Shown here piece after piece: positions 50,601 through 62,038 of a DNA stretch of 64,000 nt. A program made the position numbers and the translations under genes. A model generated the notes under the pieces. The model saw only the letters and a list, made by a program, of their open reading frames with translations, searched no databases and had not been told where the DNA came from. Position 1 is the first letter of the stretch, and each line of letters begins with the position of its first letter. Origin of the DNA: Schmidtea polychroa (taxonomy: Eukaryota); NCBI GenBank assembly GCA_044892525.1, contig CM097885.1, forward strand, positions 55,986,001 to 56,050,000. The letters are read 5' to 3'.

Positions 50601-51646
50601 CAAGAAAAATAGATAGAGATATGGTATTAACAATTATGAGTTATATTTTGTTAGAAATCGGAACCTATGATTGCTCAGATATGGAAAAACAAGAGGAAAT
50701 AATTAAAACGGCAAGTAAAGTTTTACATAAACATGTTGGCAAATGGATAAAAGAGAATGGAGGTTGGAAGAAGCTGATTAAACAAAAATTTGAACCAGTT
50801 GTAAAAATAAGAGAAAATTATGATGGTGTATTAAAAAGAAAACCCGTAAAAGTTCCGTTTTTAATGTCTATGATCTTAATATTATGTGCAATTATAACTA
50901 AAACCTCTTCGTTAATTGCATATGATTGCACTCAAATAAAGATTGGGAAAGTTTATTCTATGGTGGATTGGCAGTTCGCAACAAAATTAAAGACAATTCA
51001 AAAACTGTATAATTTCATACACATTCATCTTTGGACAAAAGTGTGGAGGAATCTTGTCGTAATAGAACCGATGATGAAGAAAGTTTATATGTATTGGACA
51101 GCCAAAGAACAGCAGAAAATCAAAATAATTTTTCAATACCCTGTAATTGAGATATTGAGTAAAGGAAAATCTTTTGTCAAAAATGGGAATCTACAGAAAT
51201 CTTTTCATGGTTATGAAACCTGTACGAACAATCATTGGTCAAAATTAGAATCTAAAGCTGAAATAAAATACGTTAATAACAAAGGAAATCGTGTTCAAAT
51301 GCAGATTTATAAAGAAATAATTGTATTTAACAAGACAAAAGTCGGAAAAGGGGTAAATGTTTTTATAAATGATAAAATTCAGGTAGTGTGGGACGAACAT
51401 CGACAACAAGCAAAGAGTAGCCTTCAAAATTCAAAACCGAAAGCAACATTAAATGAATTAATGACAAGAATTATGCATTGCAAGCGAAAAACTAACGCTG
51501 ACCGGTGGCATATTGTGTTAATCGAAAAAAGACATATTGATCTTCATAATAATAAATTCTTTGAGAACATAACTATTAATCAAAAGTTAAAGTTGTCTTT
51601 GACATTCTCACGTGTAAAAACCAAACAGTCTATCATTAAACAATGA
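47654..51646 (+). CDS. gag: Gag polyprotein fused to two ubiquitin-like domains, a Bcl-2-like domain and the start of an env-like glycoprotein
   Basis: First in-frame ATG at 47699. Capsid-like AYGW..LPLYLKGAAREVW..Q..NETVSEF..L. CCHC at about 48467, 48632 and 48749. UBL1 about 49318-49533, UBL2 about 49798-49990. BH2-like KWIKENGGWKKL at about 50741-50776. Hydrophobic segment then LIAYDC at about 50856-50930. Confidence 0.88.
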   Translation: MNRYYLRSQSKKEAIMSSEDLPVSVIKENNDFASCQRLPVEQYGGDPIIFVDFMSDYYMYATAYGWSQAIMIQRLPLYLKGAAREVWQQIDRKTIGNDWAKLKDALAAKLIGGDIKRLMRQKFYNRVQNPNETVSEFAYHLSTLASKSFEEDSKQPGLAQQMQELIQDQFLSGVNKEIKTALCFVEYDNFDELVKKAMKIELNLKSSKSKSEVFAIIPVQRERSVTPTQDNWESGNRFQRSKSPSPKWRNDNNMNRASQNSPGTERAKVIQCDICKKIGHYTNQCWFKNNSERVPRRLSPDWQRDNRGTNFRRAIANVKSNFNEVQCYRCGRKGHVSRNCFSRSRSPSMSPSPQRDNVNLNGQIRCHLCRNYGHIARSCPRNSDKFQRPSLKRTIRFQDENQSKNNVAYVQKDKFREKIENDVKQLNQKLNKLMAKFESDEETDSHMMTRRKVKTDESKLDDVTRNRVKTDMQSEKSTILIAKDRKLVTEPDANSQKLTEVLMKLTEIPLSLTKIKTVIKLCTKCYAASVEKRDVFGKYMKEFGQTLRKFTWLDPIFIKANTSDAIKSEYQIEAYEKIRELKREIMHKCEVWAVELRFMNRVLEDDEFLIDCGLIPGVENEIQIVSMIANEKPVKYDVNKIKFELNEALIKGDTGDIIDKLNNILNLEFEVEDKLKILDCVRPYVNYDNEYSEMIKKLIRKFGQEFREKGVYIEPFVIMLKINDQEVECTNEHWCTKVSKLRRRAADIMGNDGIIVLVYKGFELDDDEYLFDCGCVPRKFDKNGSLANQETFINDLVAMKQFESNEVEESFKMELPNWKNEIMSNDDEMHDEQEMRRDEIENETGEIIVKNEMKTEKDEIENEAEQIIVENEMRTEVKNEAYMTKMTIDNDIKEKQCRNLYELRCKIIQKFQEEKDQKDSKGTEKIVRALVNELYGESIERIQVEKYVRKIAKKIKKRFCVVLKQAKESMEFCDDNVITEMMTRKIDRDMVLTIMSYILLEIGTYDCSDMEKQEEIIKTASKVLHKHVGKWIKENGGWKKLIKQKFEPVVKIRENYDGVLKRKPVKVPFLMSMILILCAIITKTSSLIAYDCTQIKIGKVYSMVDWQFATKLKTIQKLYNFIHIHLWTKVWRNLVVIEPMMKKVYMYWTAKEQQKIKIIFQYPVIEILSKGKSFVKNGNLQKSFHGYETCTNNHWSKLESKAEIKYVNNKGNRVQMQIYKEIIVFNKTKVGKGVNVFINDKIQVVWDEHRQQAKSSLQNSKPKATLNELMTRIMHCKRKTNADRWHIVLIEKRHIDLHNNKFFENITINQKLKLSLTFSRVKTKQSIIKQ

Positions 51647-52090
51647 AGAGAACTCATCTCGTAACAATTGTATTGAATTACTATTCATATGTATCATTGT
51701 GAGAATAATAAGCAGCATCATACTCATCTATATCATCATCAAAGTGAAAACAAAAGGAAAGAACAATCATGTTCATCAATCGCGATATTCAAAACCACAG
51801 ACAATGATGTGGTTAGAAACATTTGTTTAGTAAGATATCATGTTATTGCATGTTATTGACCTAACATTTCTTTCATACTCCTTCAGTGATCATTGCTTTA
51901 TTTAAACAAATAATTGTATAATATTTAATATTTCTAATGAATATACGGGTCATGTAATTTGATTGGGTAAATAATCACACACCGTCACGAAAATATTTGG
52001 GGATAAAAGTGAAAATTGTTCAAATGCTTTGACGACAAAAGAAATTTTTGAAAAAAGAAAATTTTTACAAAAGAAAATTCAAATTACCAA

Positions 52091-53515
52091 ATGGAAGAAA
52101 TTAAGAGAAGCACGAAGCTTTATGAAAACTATGACAGAGAAAGAAGAAGTCGAACAGAGAAAAGCATAGTAGTAGAAGAAAATTTAAAAATACCGAATTG
52201 GGCGAGAATAGGAAATGAAGAGATGAGGCTATGCCTTTTTGAGTTAGAAAGAAAATCGAACATAAAATTGGCAGAGCTATTAGTAAGGAAAAACGAAGAG
52301 CAATGGCAAATCCACATAGTTAGAGGAACGGTAGAAATTGTGGAGAATGATGGATCTAATTACAAAACAGTACCGGAAAAATCGTCGTGGCAAATTAGGA
52401 AAGAAGTGTGGCACAAAAAATTAAGAGCGGCAAACGGAATTGCGTGGATGGCATTGGAATGCCGAATAAAAACAAAAGCAAATCTCGAATATCAAAGAAT
52501 TCTGTCAAAGGAAGAAGAAAGCGAGTTGCTCCCAATAACAAGAGATATGCTGAAGTTAAAAAAATCATTTATCAGAAGGAAAATGTCCAATGAGGAGATC
52601 AGAAGAAACATCATATTCATGGACGCGGAATATGGTGTAAGTGAAGAAAACCGGATGATCCCGTTGTCGATATGCCTAATAGCATATACCGGGAAAATTT
52701 TATATAATTCATTAATAACCCCAAGAGAAAAACTGAAGAATTTCGTTACCCAAATTCACGGGATAACAGAAAAGATGACAAGAAACCAAGAAGATCAATA
52801 CCAAAGCATTTAGAAAGTGCGAGAACTGACAGCCAGAAAAATTCTAGTTGGACATGATCTGCAGAATGAGTTGGCATATAGTGGGGTGCAGGTTAATGAA
52901 TTGTGGGGAATACGAGATTTGGCAGCAGCTAAAGCATTAGAAAAAAGGAAAGTGACAAGAAATGGACAATGGTTCAAGTTGTCGATCGTAGCTGAAGAAC
53001 TGTGCGGGATAAAAATGCAGAAGGGACATCACTCTGCAGTGGAAGATACCGAAGCAGTTAGGAGAATCTATTTGGCTCTCGAAAGTCATTGGAAAGATGA
53101 TATTGTATATGAAGAACAAATGGTTAAGAAAACATGTTCCTTGGAGGATTATAGAAAAAGGAAATTAGTGGTGGCAAACGAAAAATCAGAAGAACCACGA
53201 GAGAAAAGAGGTGTTGAGATACGAGAGCTGGAGCCGATTTTCCATAGCATCGAACTAATAAAGAACATTGAATGGCATGAAGCGACTGTAGAAACGGAAA
53301 ACGAATTGAAAATGGCGAGAAAAACGGAGCTGCGTATAAAGAAGATGGCAAAACGAAGACGCAGAGATATAGAAACCCAAACGATAACTACGGAAACTCC
53401 GGTAGGAAATACGATCATTGTCAACGGGGAAGAATGGAAGCTTAAAAAAATTTTAGCTACCTATCAAAGAGGTAATGAAAAGATAAGAATTACGAAGCTA
53501 CCCGGCAGAAGATGA
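52091..53515 (+). CDS. DEDDh 3'-5' exonuclease (REX4/ISG20-like) ORF with one in-frame TAG at 52811-52813
   Basis: ExoI IFMDAEY, IHGIT, ExoII ILVGHDLQNEL, IRDLA, ExoIII HSAVEDT. The two listed ORFs are in the same frame, separated only by TAG-AAA. Confidence 0.85.
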
Positions 53516-55214
53516 ATGAATAATTGTAATAAATAAATAAAATTTACTATTCATAATTGTTTATTTTTTTTGTACCCCAAAAATCTTGATACCAAATAAA
53601 TAATAAAGTAGTGAGATGGCAAAGGCAAATTAATTAAATCATAGGTATAAGTCGAAAATTTAATAATATAATATTATATAGTATAATAAAAATTTCAATA
53701 CTAATACGGTTGTAGTAAGAACCCTACGGGAGCTACTCAAATAAATAAAAAATATGAATAAATAAATATATATATAATTTTGAATTAATAAAAAGGCCTT
53801 GAAGTTTCCAGATCACGAACTTCGGGATCTGAAGACTTCATGGCAAAATTACCTCGCCGCCTGCAGCATGGCGTAACCAGCGTGCGAGGTAATTTGGAAA
53901 AGACAAGATAAATAATAAACCCTATATAGAGAGGAAGAGGCATTATTACAGAATCATTATTTCAATTAATTATTATTATTGCAATTATTGATTAATTAAT
54001 ATTATTATCATCATCATTAGAATCATTGTAATTATTGAAAGTATTATTATAGTATTTTGCTACCTTTATTACTACTACTGTTANNNNNNNNNNNNNNNNN
54101 NNNNNNNNNNNNNNNNNNNNNNNNNNNNNNNNNNNNNNNNNNNNNNNNNNNNNNNNNNNNNNNNNNNNNNNNNNNNNNNNNNNNNNNNNNNNNNNNNNNN
54201 NNNNNNNNNNNNNNNNNNNNNNNNNNNNNNNNNNNNNNNNNNNNNNNNNGATAACCTGTTTCCAATTGGAAAATAACTAATGAGCATCGCTTTAAACTTT
54301 GACTAATTAATGCTATTAACATAATTGTTCCATTTACCAAATAAGGCACTTTATTTCTAATAATAGGATAACCAAAAAAAAAATTTTTTTTCTGAGAAAT
54401 AATTTTATCCCTTTTCACCACCGATATTTCTAATCCTTGAATATTGTAACATGATATGGCTTTTCTTAACAATTTATTAACCTTTTCCGCGTGGCTCCAT
54501 CGGTCAATTTGTAAGGAAATAGTCACGGGAATTTGTCAAATTAACATAATAATAATTAGAGCATTCAAATTTAAAATATTTTTTTTATCAAATTAATGAA
54601 CAATTAGAAAAGTGCCGTTCATTTTATAATTTATAATTTTTCGTACTGACGAATGTTGAAATTCCTCAAGGTAGCCAATCAGAATGTTAAAATTCCGCAT
54701 GCTAGCCAATCAGAAAACAAATGCGGACCAATCTCAATTCTTCATGCGCAATGAACATAAAAATTAGGCACATAAGTGCAACTTTGATAAAAACCTCGCT
54801 ATCTGGACACCTGTCCAGATAGCGGCAAATAAGTAAAAATAAAAGAGGAAAAAAGAAATTGAATTAAAAGGCACAAAGTGCCGATGCAAAATTAATTGAT
54901 AAAGACACATAAGTGCCAATTTAGATAATTTCAAATTTACATAATAGATTCGCAAAATTTCACTTGGAAATATTTATAGACATTGAAGAAAATAATGTCG
55001 TGTCTAAACACTTATTCGGAAATTTGGGTTTCAAAAAGGCGACAGAATCAATTTATTTAGTTTTTGATAAGCTTGGCAGTATTGCAATACAGGTCGAGAT
55101 TTTTAAGTTTCCTATTTTTATCAAAATAATTTTTCAAATAAATTTATAGTCTAGATTTATAAAGCAGATAAATCTGCAAAATTAATATTTTCCTCGAAGA
55201 GGAATTTTTTAATT

Positions 55215-55233
55215 AATAATTATTATTATTATA

Positions 55234-55301
<68 letters not shown>

Positions 55302-55329
55302 TCTTGTTACTATTATTATTACTATAATT
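55215..55329. repeat. (ATT)n microsatellite abutting an assembly gap
   Basis: Direct observation. Confidence 0.95.
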
Positions 55330-55818
55330 NNNNNNNNNNNNNNNNNNNNNNNNNNNNNNNNNNNNNNNNNNNNNNNNNNNNNNNNNNNNNNNNNNNNNNN
55401 NNNNNNNNNNNNNNNNNNNNNNNNNNNNNNNNNNNNNNNNNNNNNNNNNNNNNNNNNNNNNNNNNNNNNNNNNNNNNNNNNNNNNNNNNNNNNNNNNNNN
55501 NNNNNNNNNNNNNNNNNNNNNNNNNNNNNNNNNNNNNNNNNNNNNNNNNNNNNNNNNNNNNNNNNNNNNNNNNNNNNNNNNNNNNNNNNNNNNNNNNNNN
55601 NNNNNNNNNNNNNNNNNNNNNNNNNNNNNNNNNNNNNNNNNACATAGAGGATATTGATATGTATTAAATTAAAAGGGAGATTAATGTGTTGCGCAATAAA
55701 ATCAAACAACTATGGGAAGGGATAATTATTTTATTGTAGAATTTTAAAACAAAGAAGGTAGCTAAAAAAAATAAATAGATTTCAAAATCTTAATTTATTT
55801 CGAGGACGAAATTTTTTT

Positions 55819-55830
55819 AAAGGGGGGAGA
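55819..55830 (+). promoter_or_regulatory. Polypurine tract
   Basis: AAAGGGGGGAGA ending 2 nt before the 3' LTR. Confidence 0.9.
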
Positions 55831-55832
55831 TA

Positions 55833-56812
55833 TGTTGAGGATACCTAAATAATAATTCATAAAGAAATAAATAAAATTACCTGGGGGAAGATCGCCATGA
55901 CAAACGGGACGATCTATAGAGACTCAGAAAAGAAAACGGAAGTGAAAAGAAATCAAAAATGAGAAAGAGAAAGGAAATAAAAGTTATCAAACAGGAAAAT
56001 AAAAATCAAGGTCAGTACTAATTAATTAGTACAAAAAGGAAAAAGGAAAACAACAATATCCTTATCTCGACAGCTTGCCGGTGATAATAGAATTGATGGG
56101 AGAAGGCGGTCGAACAAGAAAGGAAAAAGGGAAAAACAACTTGACAGCTGTCAGAGATAAAAATGGTACAGTCGGGGAAAGCAGGAGATGGAAAGTGGAA
56201 AAACACTCAATTATCTGGAGTGTCACAAGCAAAAACAACTATATAAAGAAAGCTGGTGGACGAGAAATCAGAACAGATTGGGAACAGATTGGGAACAGAT
56301 TGAGAACAGATTGGGAACAGATTGGGAACAGATTGAGAACAGATTGGGAACAGATTGGGAACAAATTGGGAACAGATTGGGAATAGATTGAGAGGCAAAA
56401 GTGGAGTAAAATTAGAGACGACAGCGTAAAAAGAGGAATCAAAGCCGAGTGAAAAGAGAAGTGACAAGAATCTTTTATAAAATTGAATATAAAGTAAAAG
56501 TGGACTAGATAAGTTGTGTGGTCAAAGCAAATAGAACAATCGATCAATATATCCTGTAATTGAGTAGTTGACGGCTAGTGATTATTGTTGTGGTTACAGA
56601 AAGGGCTATTCTTCACGTAGTGTCGAAATAAGCTCTGTGTGGTAAATTGGTTTATAGTCAATTGGTTTTAATTGAAATTTGTACTATTACGTGTGGATAT
56701 TAATAAAGCTTATTGTGTTCGAGAGTGTTGAATTGCGATTTAATAAACACGCTTTGGAGCCAGATTAAAGGTTTGAATTTACAAATATTGTCACCAACTA
56801 TATAACACAACA
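55833..56812 (+). repeat. 3' LTR
   Basis: Matches 46496-47475 at an offset of 9337. Confidence 0.97.
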
Positions 56813-57170
56813 ATGTGTTCACTAATATTGGTCAATCCGTTCAGTTGGCAATGTTCACGAACCCGATTACAGAGATGAAGGGAAGTCTCTCCGAAGTACT
56901 CATTGCATTGCACTCATTATATGGAAATTGATAAATGAGATCTGAACACAATCCACCGGAGTTTAAGATTTATTAATAAAAATATTGCATATTTAACACG
57001 AATTTTACACTTGGCAAGATTGTTTAATAAAAATGATTTTGGATATTCATTTTTCATCAAAAATTCAACCAATTTATTAAAAATATTTACTGAATTTTCA
57101 ATAGTAGAAGATAAAGACAATGAACGATAAATCAATCCCTTCACCATTGTTCATTATGGGTTTTGAATCA
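56813..57170 (-). mobile_element. Penelope-like element remnant that is the insertion target of the LTR element (continues at about 46380-46495)
   Basis: MVKGLIYRSL..LMKNEYP (RT C-terminal region), then CNEYFGETSLHLCNRVREH..ISEH|INAE, which reads through the empty site once one TSD copy is removed. Confidence 0.7.
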
Positions 57171-60100
57171 GAAAAAATGTGAGTAGTAAAAATATTTAAT
57201 GATTAAAATAATAGACTAAAATATTGTGATTGGTAATTTAAACATAATTAGAACCAATTTGACTCATATAGTTGCTAGGAGGATAGAGAATACTTTGTTT
57301 ATTTACACAATGAGTCACTAAAATATATAAAATTTATTCTTTTTATTTTGGAGAAATGTGTGTGGAATATAAACAAAATTCATTTATCTAAAATATTTAA
57401 TTGCTATTATTCTTTAATATCTTTGTTAACAAACCTTGTTTTAACTTTTTCAATCTTCACATTTTCATGGTTTATTAATCATTGAGCACATCTTTGACAT
57501 TTATTTCTTGATGTTGAGTCTGTATTTCTATGTTCCTAGTGCATATCTAAACTGCCCCAAAAATTAATATGAAATTGAACCGTGATTGGCTTTTTATGTT
57601 ATCATAAATGCTATTTCTTTATAGTCTCTTAAATAAATATTTGAAATATTAAGTGAAAAAATATTTCTAATAATTTATATAATAGATTTCATAAACAGTT
57701 ATTTTATGAGATATATAAGTAACGGCTCTTTTTTTCATCTTCATCGTTTTGTGATAATGACTCTCTTGTTGTCAAACTGAAAATCGCGCACGGCACACTA
57801 AATAAACATGAAATCTGTCACGGCTCTTTCGAAAAAACCTAAAATATTTTATAAGAAAAAACTTGAATAAGCGTTCACATTGAATGAGATACTTGAGCGT
57901 TTTGTTTTGTGCATATAAGCTCAAAGCGCGGCTCGTTGCTTCATAGGCACACTCTTAATTCACTGTTAATAATCTTTAATCTTTCACGTTTTTTTTGATT
58001 TTACAGTTTGTCTTTATTTTTATCCTGGTTTGAATCTTTCTCTTTTCTTTTTAATAATTTATCCATGGTATTTACTAAATCTTAATATTTAAATTAGCAA
58101 TAGCATGAAAAAATTTTACTTCAATTGCTAGGGCGATTTAAAATTTGCACTTTAAAAATTGCGACGTAAAACAAGAAAATTGCATTTCAAACGAAAATAA
58201 ATTGAATTTTTAAAAAGTTTTTAAATAATTATAATTTTTAATTTCTTATATTATTATAGGTAAATTCATTAGAAATTTTAGATTTAAATTCATTTTTAGC
58301 TACCATCGTGCAGAAAAAGAAACAAGTGATATATTTATTTTTATATACAACTCAAAAGTACTAAAACTTTAGTAATTTTAAATTTTTACAGATTTTTTCG
58401 CCGCGACACACATCTTGAAAAACAATGATATAAAAAATGAATGTCTTACAATTTTTTTATATTAGCCAACGCTATTTTTAGTTCATGGAATGTTTTTTCA
58501 CATAAATCAATCCATTTAATCTTGTCATTAATTCAACACATTGATTCCAATTAACTTATAAATTTTGAAATTTTTTATCAACTATAATAATTACAACTAC
58601 AAAAATTCTTATCAAGTTTTTATACATTTTGATTTCTCAAAATCTTTAGACGCTTCTAATTGTTCTTTACCTACTTGTTGCTTATATAAAATTTGATTTA
58701 ATTTCTTTCGTAAATACACATTTATCTCAATTTATCTTTAAACCCAGCCCTTTAATTATTTTAAACATATTTTTGATTTTATTTAGACGATCTTCTTTAG
58801 TCCAAATATTTAAATATAGTCTCGTTATACACCTGCCTCTTTCCACGAGATCACTTCAAATCATTCCCATTAATTTTCGAAACGTCGGTGCTGCAGCAAT
58901 AACAAAAGTCTACAATTTGAATAGGAAATACTAAGATATTCATTTCTCATATGCTCCTATACTATTCGCGCATAATGAAACTTGTTTCTTTTTTGGCTTT
59001 TAAAATGGCATCTACCGAAAAGTAGCACGACTTGGTCTTCTATTTGATGCACTGGTTAATTACAATTCCAACAATTAATATTTCTTATTATTTTGTTTGA
59101 TTTTTTGTTTTTTTTTTGTCTCACATATTCCATTGGATTTCGGATTCAAATTCTTGTAAATTTTTCATTACATTTACTTGTTTCTCTTCTTTGAGCTGAT
59201 TCAATTGAAACAATTTCCATATTAACTGCAATAAACGTTTATAATTTCTTTGTTTTATTCAAACTTCTTGGATTATGTACTAAAATATGTACTTAATTCT
59301 TCTTTGTCCAAACTATGTTTTATTAATTTTTTGATTAGGTTTTCAAATTTTTTGAAATATGTTTTTCATTCTGTATCTTTTTCATAGTTGTAGATTTCCA
59401 AAATATGTTAGTTCAAAGATGTTGGTTTCAATAATGCTTCTCTCAATTTATTCTCAAATTATTAACCTGTTTCTGTAATTGCTTCGTAAATTCGCAATAT
59501 TTCCTTTTTCATGTTTCGATGATGTTCTTCTAGGCAGCAAAACTCAAATTAACGGTGCTGTCTGTTATGAATATTTCGCCATCATAGTCCGACTGAAATC
59601 AAATTTTCTGCGATATTCATTCTTGTAAAATTCGTTAAAAGAATGAGATCAAATTTGTTAATCTAATATTTATTTAAATTCAAAATCTGTCACTGTATCA
59701 ATAAATAATACACGACGAATTTCTCAATAATGATACTTACGATACCAATACTTATTTCTTGTATGTTTTAATTTAATTTAATATATTATTTAATTATTCA
59801 ATGTAATTTTCACACAATAAAAACAATATTCCACGGCAAACAGTACATTTGTTTAATTATTGGTTAATATTTAAGCGAACCACCTTGCAATGTAAAAGAA
59901 AATGCTTAATAACGAGATAATTTTTGGCTTGCTCGTACGATATCTGTTTATTGGGATAACGATGATGACTTATAACTTTAAATCAAAATTATCAATTAGA
60001 AAATCTTATTCGATCTTATTTACTTGTCATCGTTTATCGCTGTTAATGTGATGTTGGTGTTGGTAAATTTTATTGAACTCGCTTTTCGTGTTTATCTTAG

Positions 60101-60619
60101 GTACATACTTTGTTCGACTGCGAATCTTGGACTACTTTTAGCATAACTATTTAATAACTATTGAGGCTATATATTTCATTTATATCGGAATTTCGTAGCA
60201 AATCACCACACATTATTAGTAACCGCATGCAGTTTTTGATCAAATTTCTCATTTCTTTATCTTAGTAGATTGTTTTACTCTCATATTGAGGCACTGTAAC
60301 GTCATATAACATATAGCCCGCATATGCAGACAATCCGCACTATCATATACCCAGTGGGTTTTCAAGTTTTATGTAAAAATTAACTAATATATTAAAATAA
60401 CCAATATGTGTAAAAAAGATTTGATAAAACCCCCGTCCATATATATTCACAGCACCCCCACCGTGGGGTATGTAATATTCGGTATAACCCGCGGGTTATA
60501 TCGGGAAAATACGGTACACGTGCACTACAGGTGTCTCGCCAAGCAAAATACATTCTAAGGTCTTCAGTAATACCATTAGATTGGAATTCCGAATGCTTGA
60601 TCTAGAAGGCGGCACAGTG

Positions 60620-61290
60620 AATGATATTGTGAAGATTTTTAGCGTTGCAATGAATAAACGCATTTAGTATAAAAAGTGAGGAAGTGATAGAAAAAATAAA
60701 CTGACACACAAACACAACACATAGTAAAAAATGCACGTTAAATTTCTGTATGTAGAATTGTTGTAATGAATAGACGCATTATAATAAATCATTTGCAGGA
60801 ATTTTTAGAAAAAATTGACGAAAGAAATTTTCAACGAAAATTCCGAAAACCCAATTTTGAGATAATAAATTTCATTCATTGTAGATCAATTTCTTTTCTC
60901 TCCATCCTTCTTCCAGGAATTGAGTTACAAACTGGAATCTCATTTCCATGACACGAATAATAAACTTAATTTTAACTTTAAAATAAATCTTACGGTGATA
61001 TTTCATCATTTTCATAACAAATTTTAACGTAGATTCTTCATAAATGGATTTAAAAAAATTTTCAGCCATCTTTTCCCCCAAAATTGTCTGAAATAAAGTT
61101 ATTATAGAAACGTATCTCAGCGGCACTTTTCTATATATTGAAAGTTTGTATGCGTTTTTAGTAAGCGTTGTGTTTGTGTGCAGTATTTAATTTTTCTACT
61201 ACTTTGGATTTTTATAATGTAAAGCGCATTTAATTGATTTGTTGAATCTGTTTTCGCAGAATAAACGCATATATAATGCAGGTTGGTCTG
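60620..61290. mobile_element. Non-coding element with about 100-bp imperfect inverted repeats; a further inverted copy at about 62590-62810
   Basis: 60660-60745 is the approximate reverse complement of 61140-61230, and about 60620-60860 of about 62590-62810, by visual alignment. Confidence 0.55.
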
Positions 61291-61479
61291 TACACCAATA
61301 ATAGATGACTCACCATTTGTGATGTAATGGAGTTTATTTATTTTAGCCTTTTATTTATTTATATTTTATTGTTGCGAATTTTTAGGTAATTAATCAAAAT
61401 TTGGATTTATTTCGATACAACGTGAGTTTTATTATTTTTACAGTAATTAATTGACAGTAGAGTCAAGTGTGCATCATGA

Positions 61480-61853
61480 CTTATCGTTTTACCCCCTCCC
61501 AATGACTCATCGTTATGACTCATAGATTTATCACCAAGGCACGTGACTCATCGATGACTCACCAAGGGCATTCTATTTTTTAGTAACAAAGACATCTATT
61601 TTAGTAACATTTTGGATCTATTTTTAGTAACATTTTAATCCGAACATTGATTCTATCACTGATAAGATGACTCTTTAAGGTCATTCAAGGACATATAACT
61701 CATCATTTTGTAGAACAAAGACACTGACTCATCGATTACTCATTATGAATTATGAAACAAATTTATGAATTATGAAGAAAATGAATATGTTTTTTTGAAG
61801 AAAATTATGAAACCAATATCAGAAATGATTATGTTTTTATGAAATTACTTGAA

Positions 61854-61898
<45 letters not shown>

Positions 61899-61971
61899 TC
61901 GCTTGAAAAAGTCAGTGCCGAAAATATATATTACTGATTTATAATCTTCAAACTCTCTTTTTAATAAATTC

Positions 61972-62038
<67 letters not shown>

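Larger units (their letters stand above)
46496..56812 (+). mobile_element. Ty3/Gypsy-like LTR retroelement, apparently pol-less, carrying UBL, Bcl-2, env-like and DEDDh cargo
   Basis: TG...CA LTRs of 980 bp each, ATGT TSD (46492-46495; 56813-56816), tRNA-Trp PBS, PPT, Gag with three CCHC knuckles. Two small N-gaps lie inside. Confidence 0.93.

Noticed and set aside
53800-53900. Hammerhead ribozyme (CTGAAGA ... GAAA)
   Set aside because: Core-like words are present, but stem II does not pair directly between CUGANGA and GAAA, and no stem III/NUH arrangement fits.
14620-55709. ORFs consisting of X runs or poly-Ile
   Set aside because: Artefacts of N-gaps and (ATT)n microsatellites.
57700-59850. 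Possible decayed DNA transposon on the minus strand
   Set aside because: Only short coding-like patches; no confident TIR, TSD or catalytic motif.
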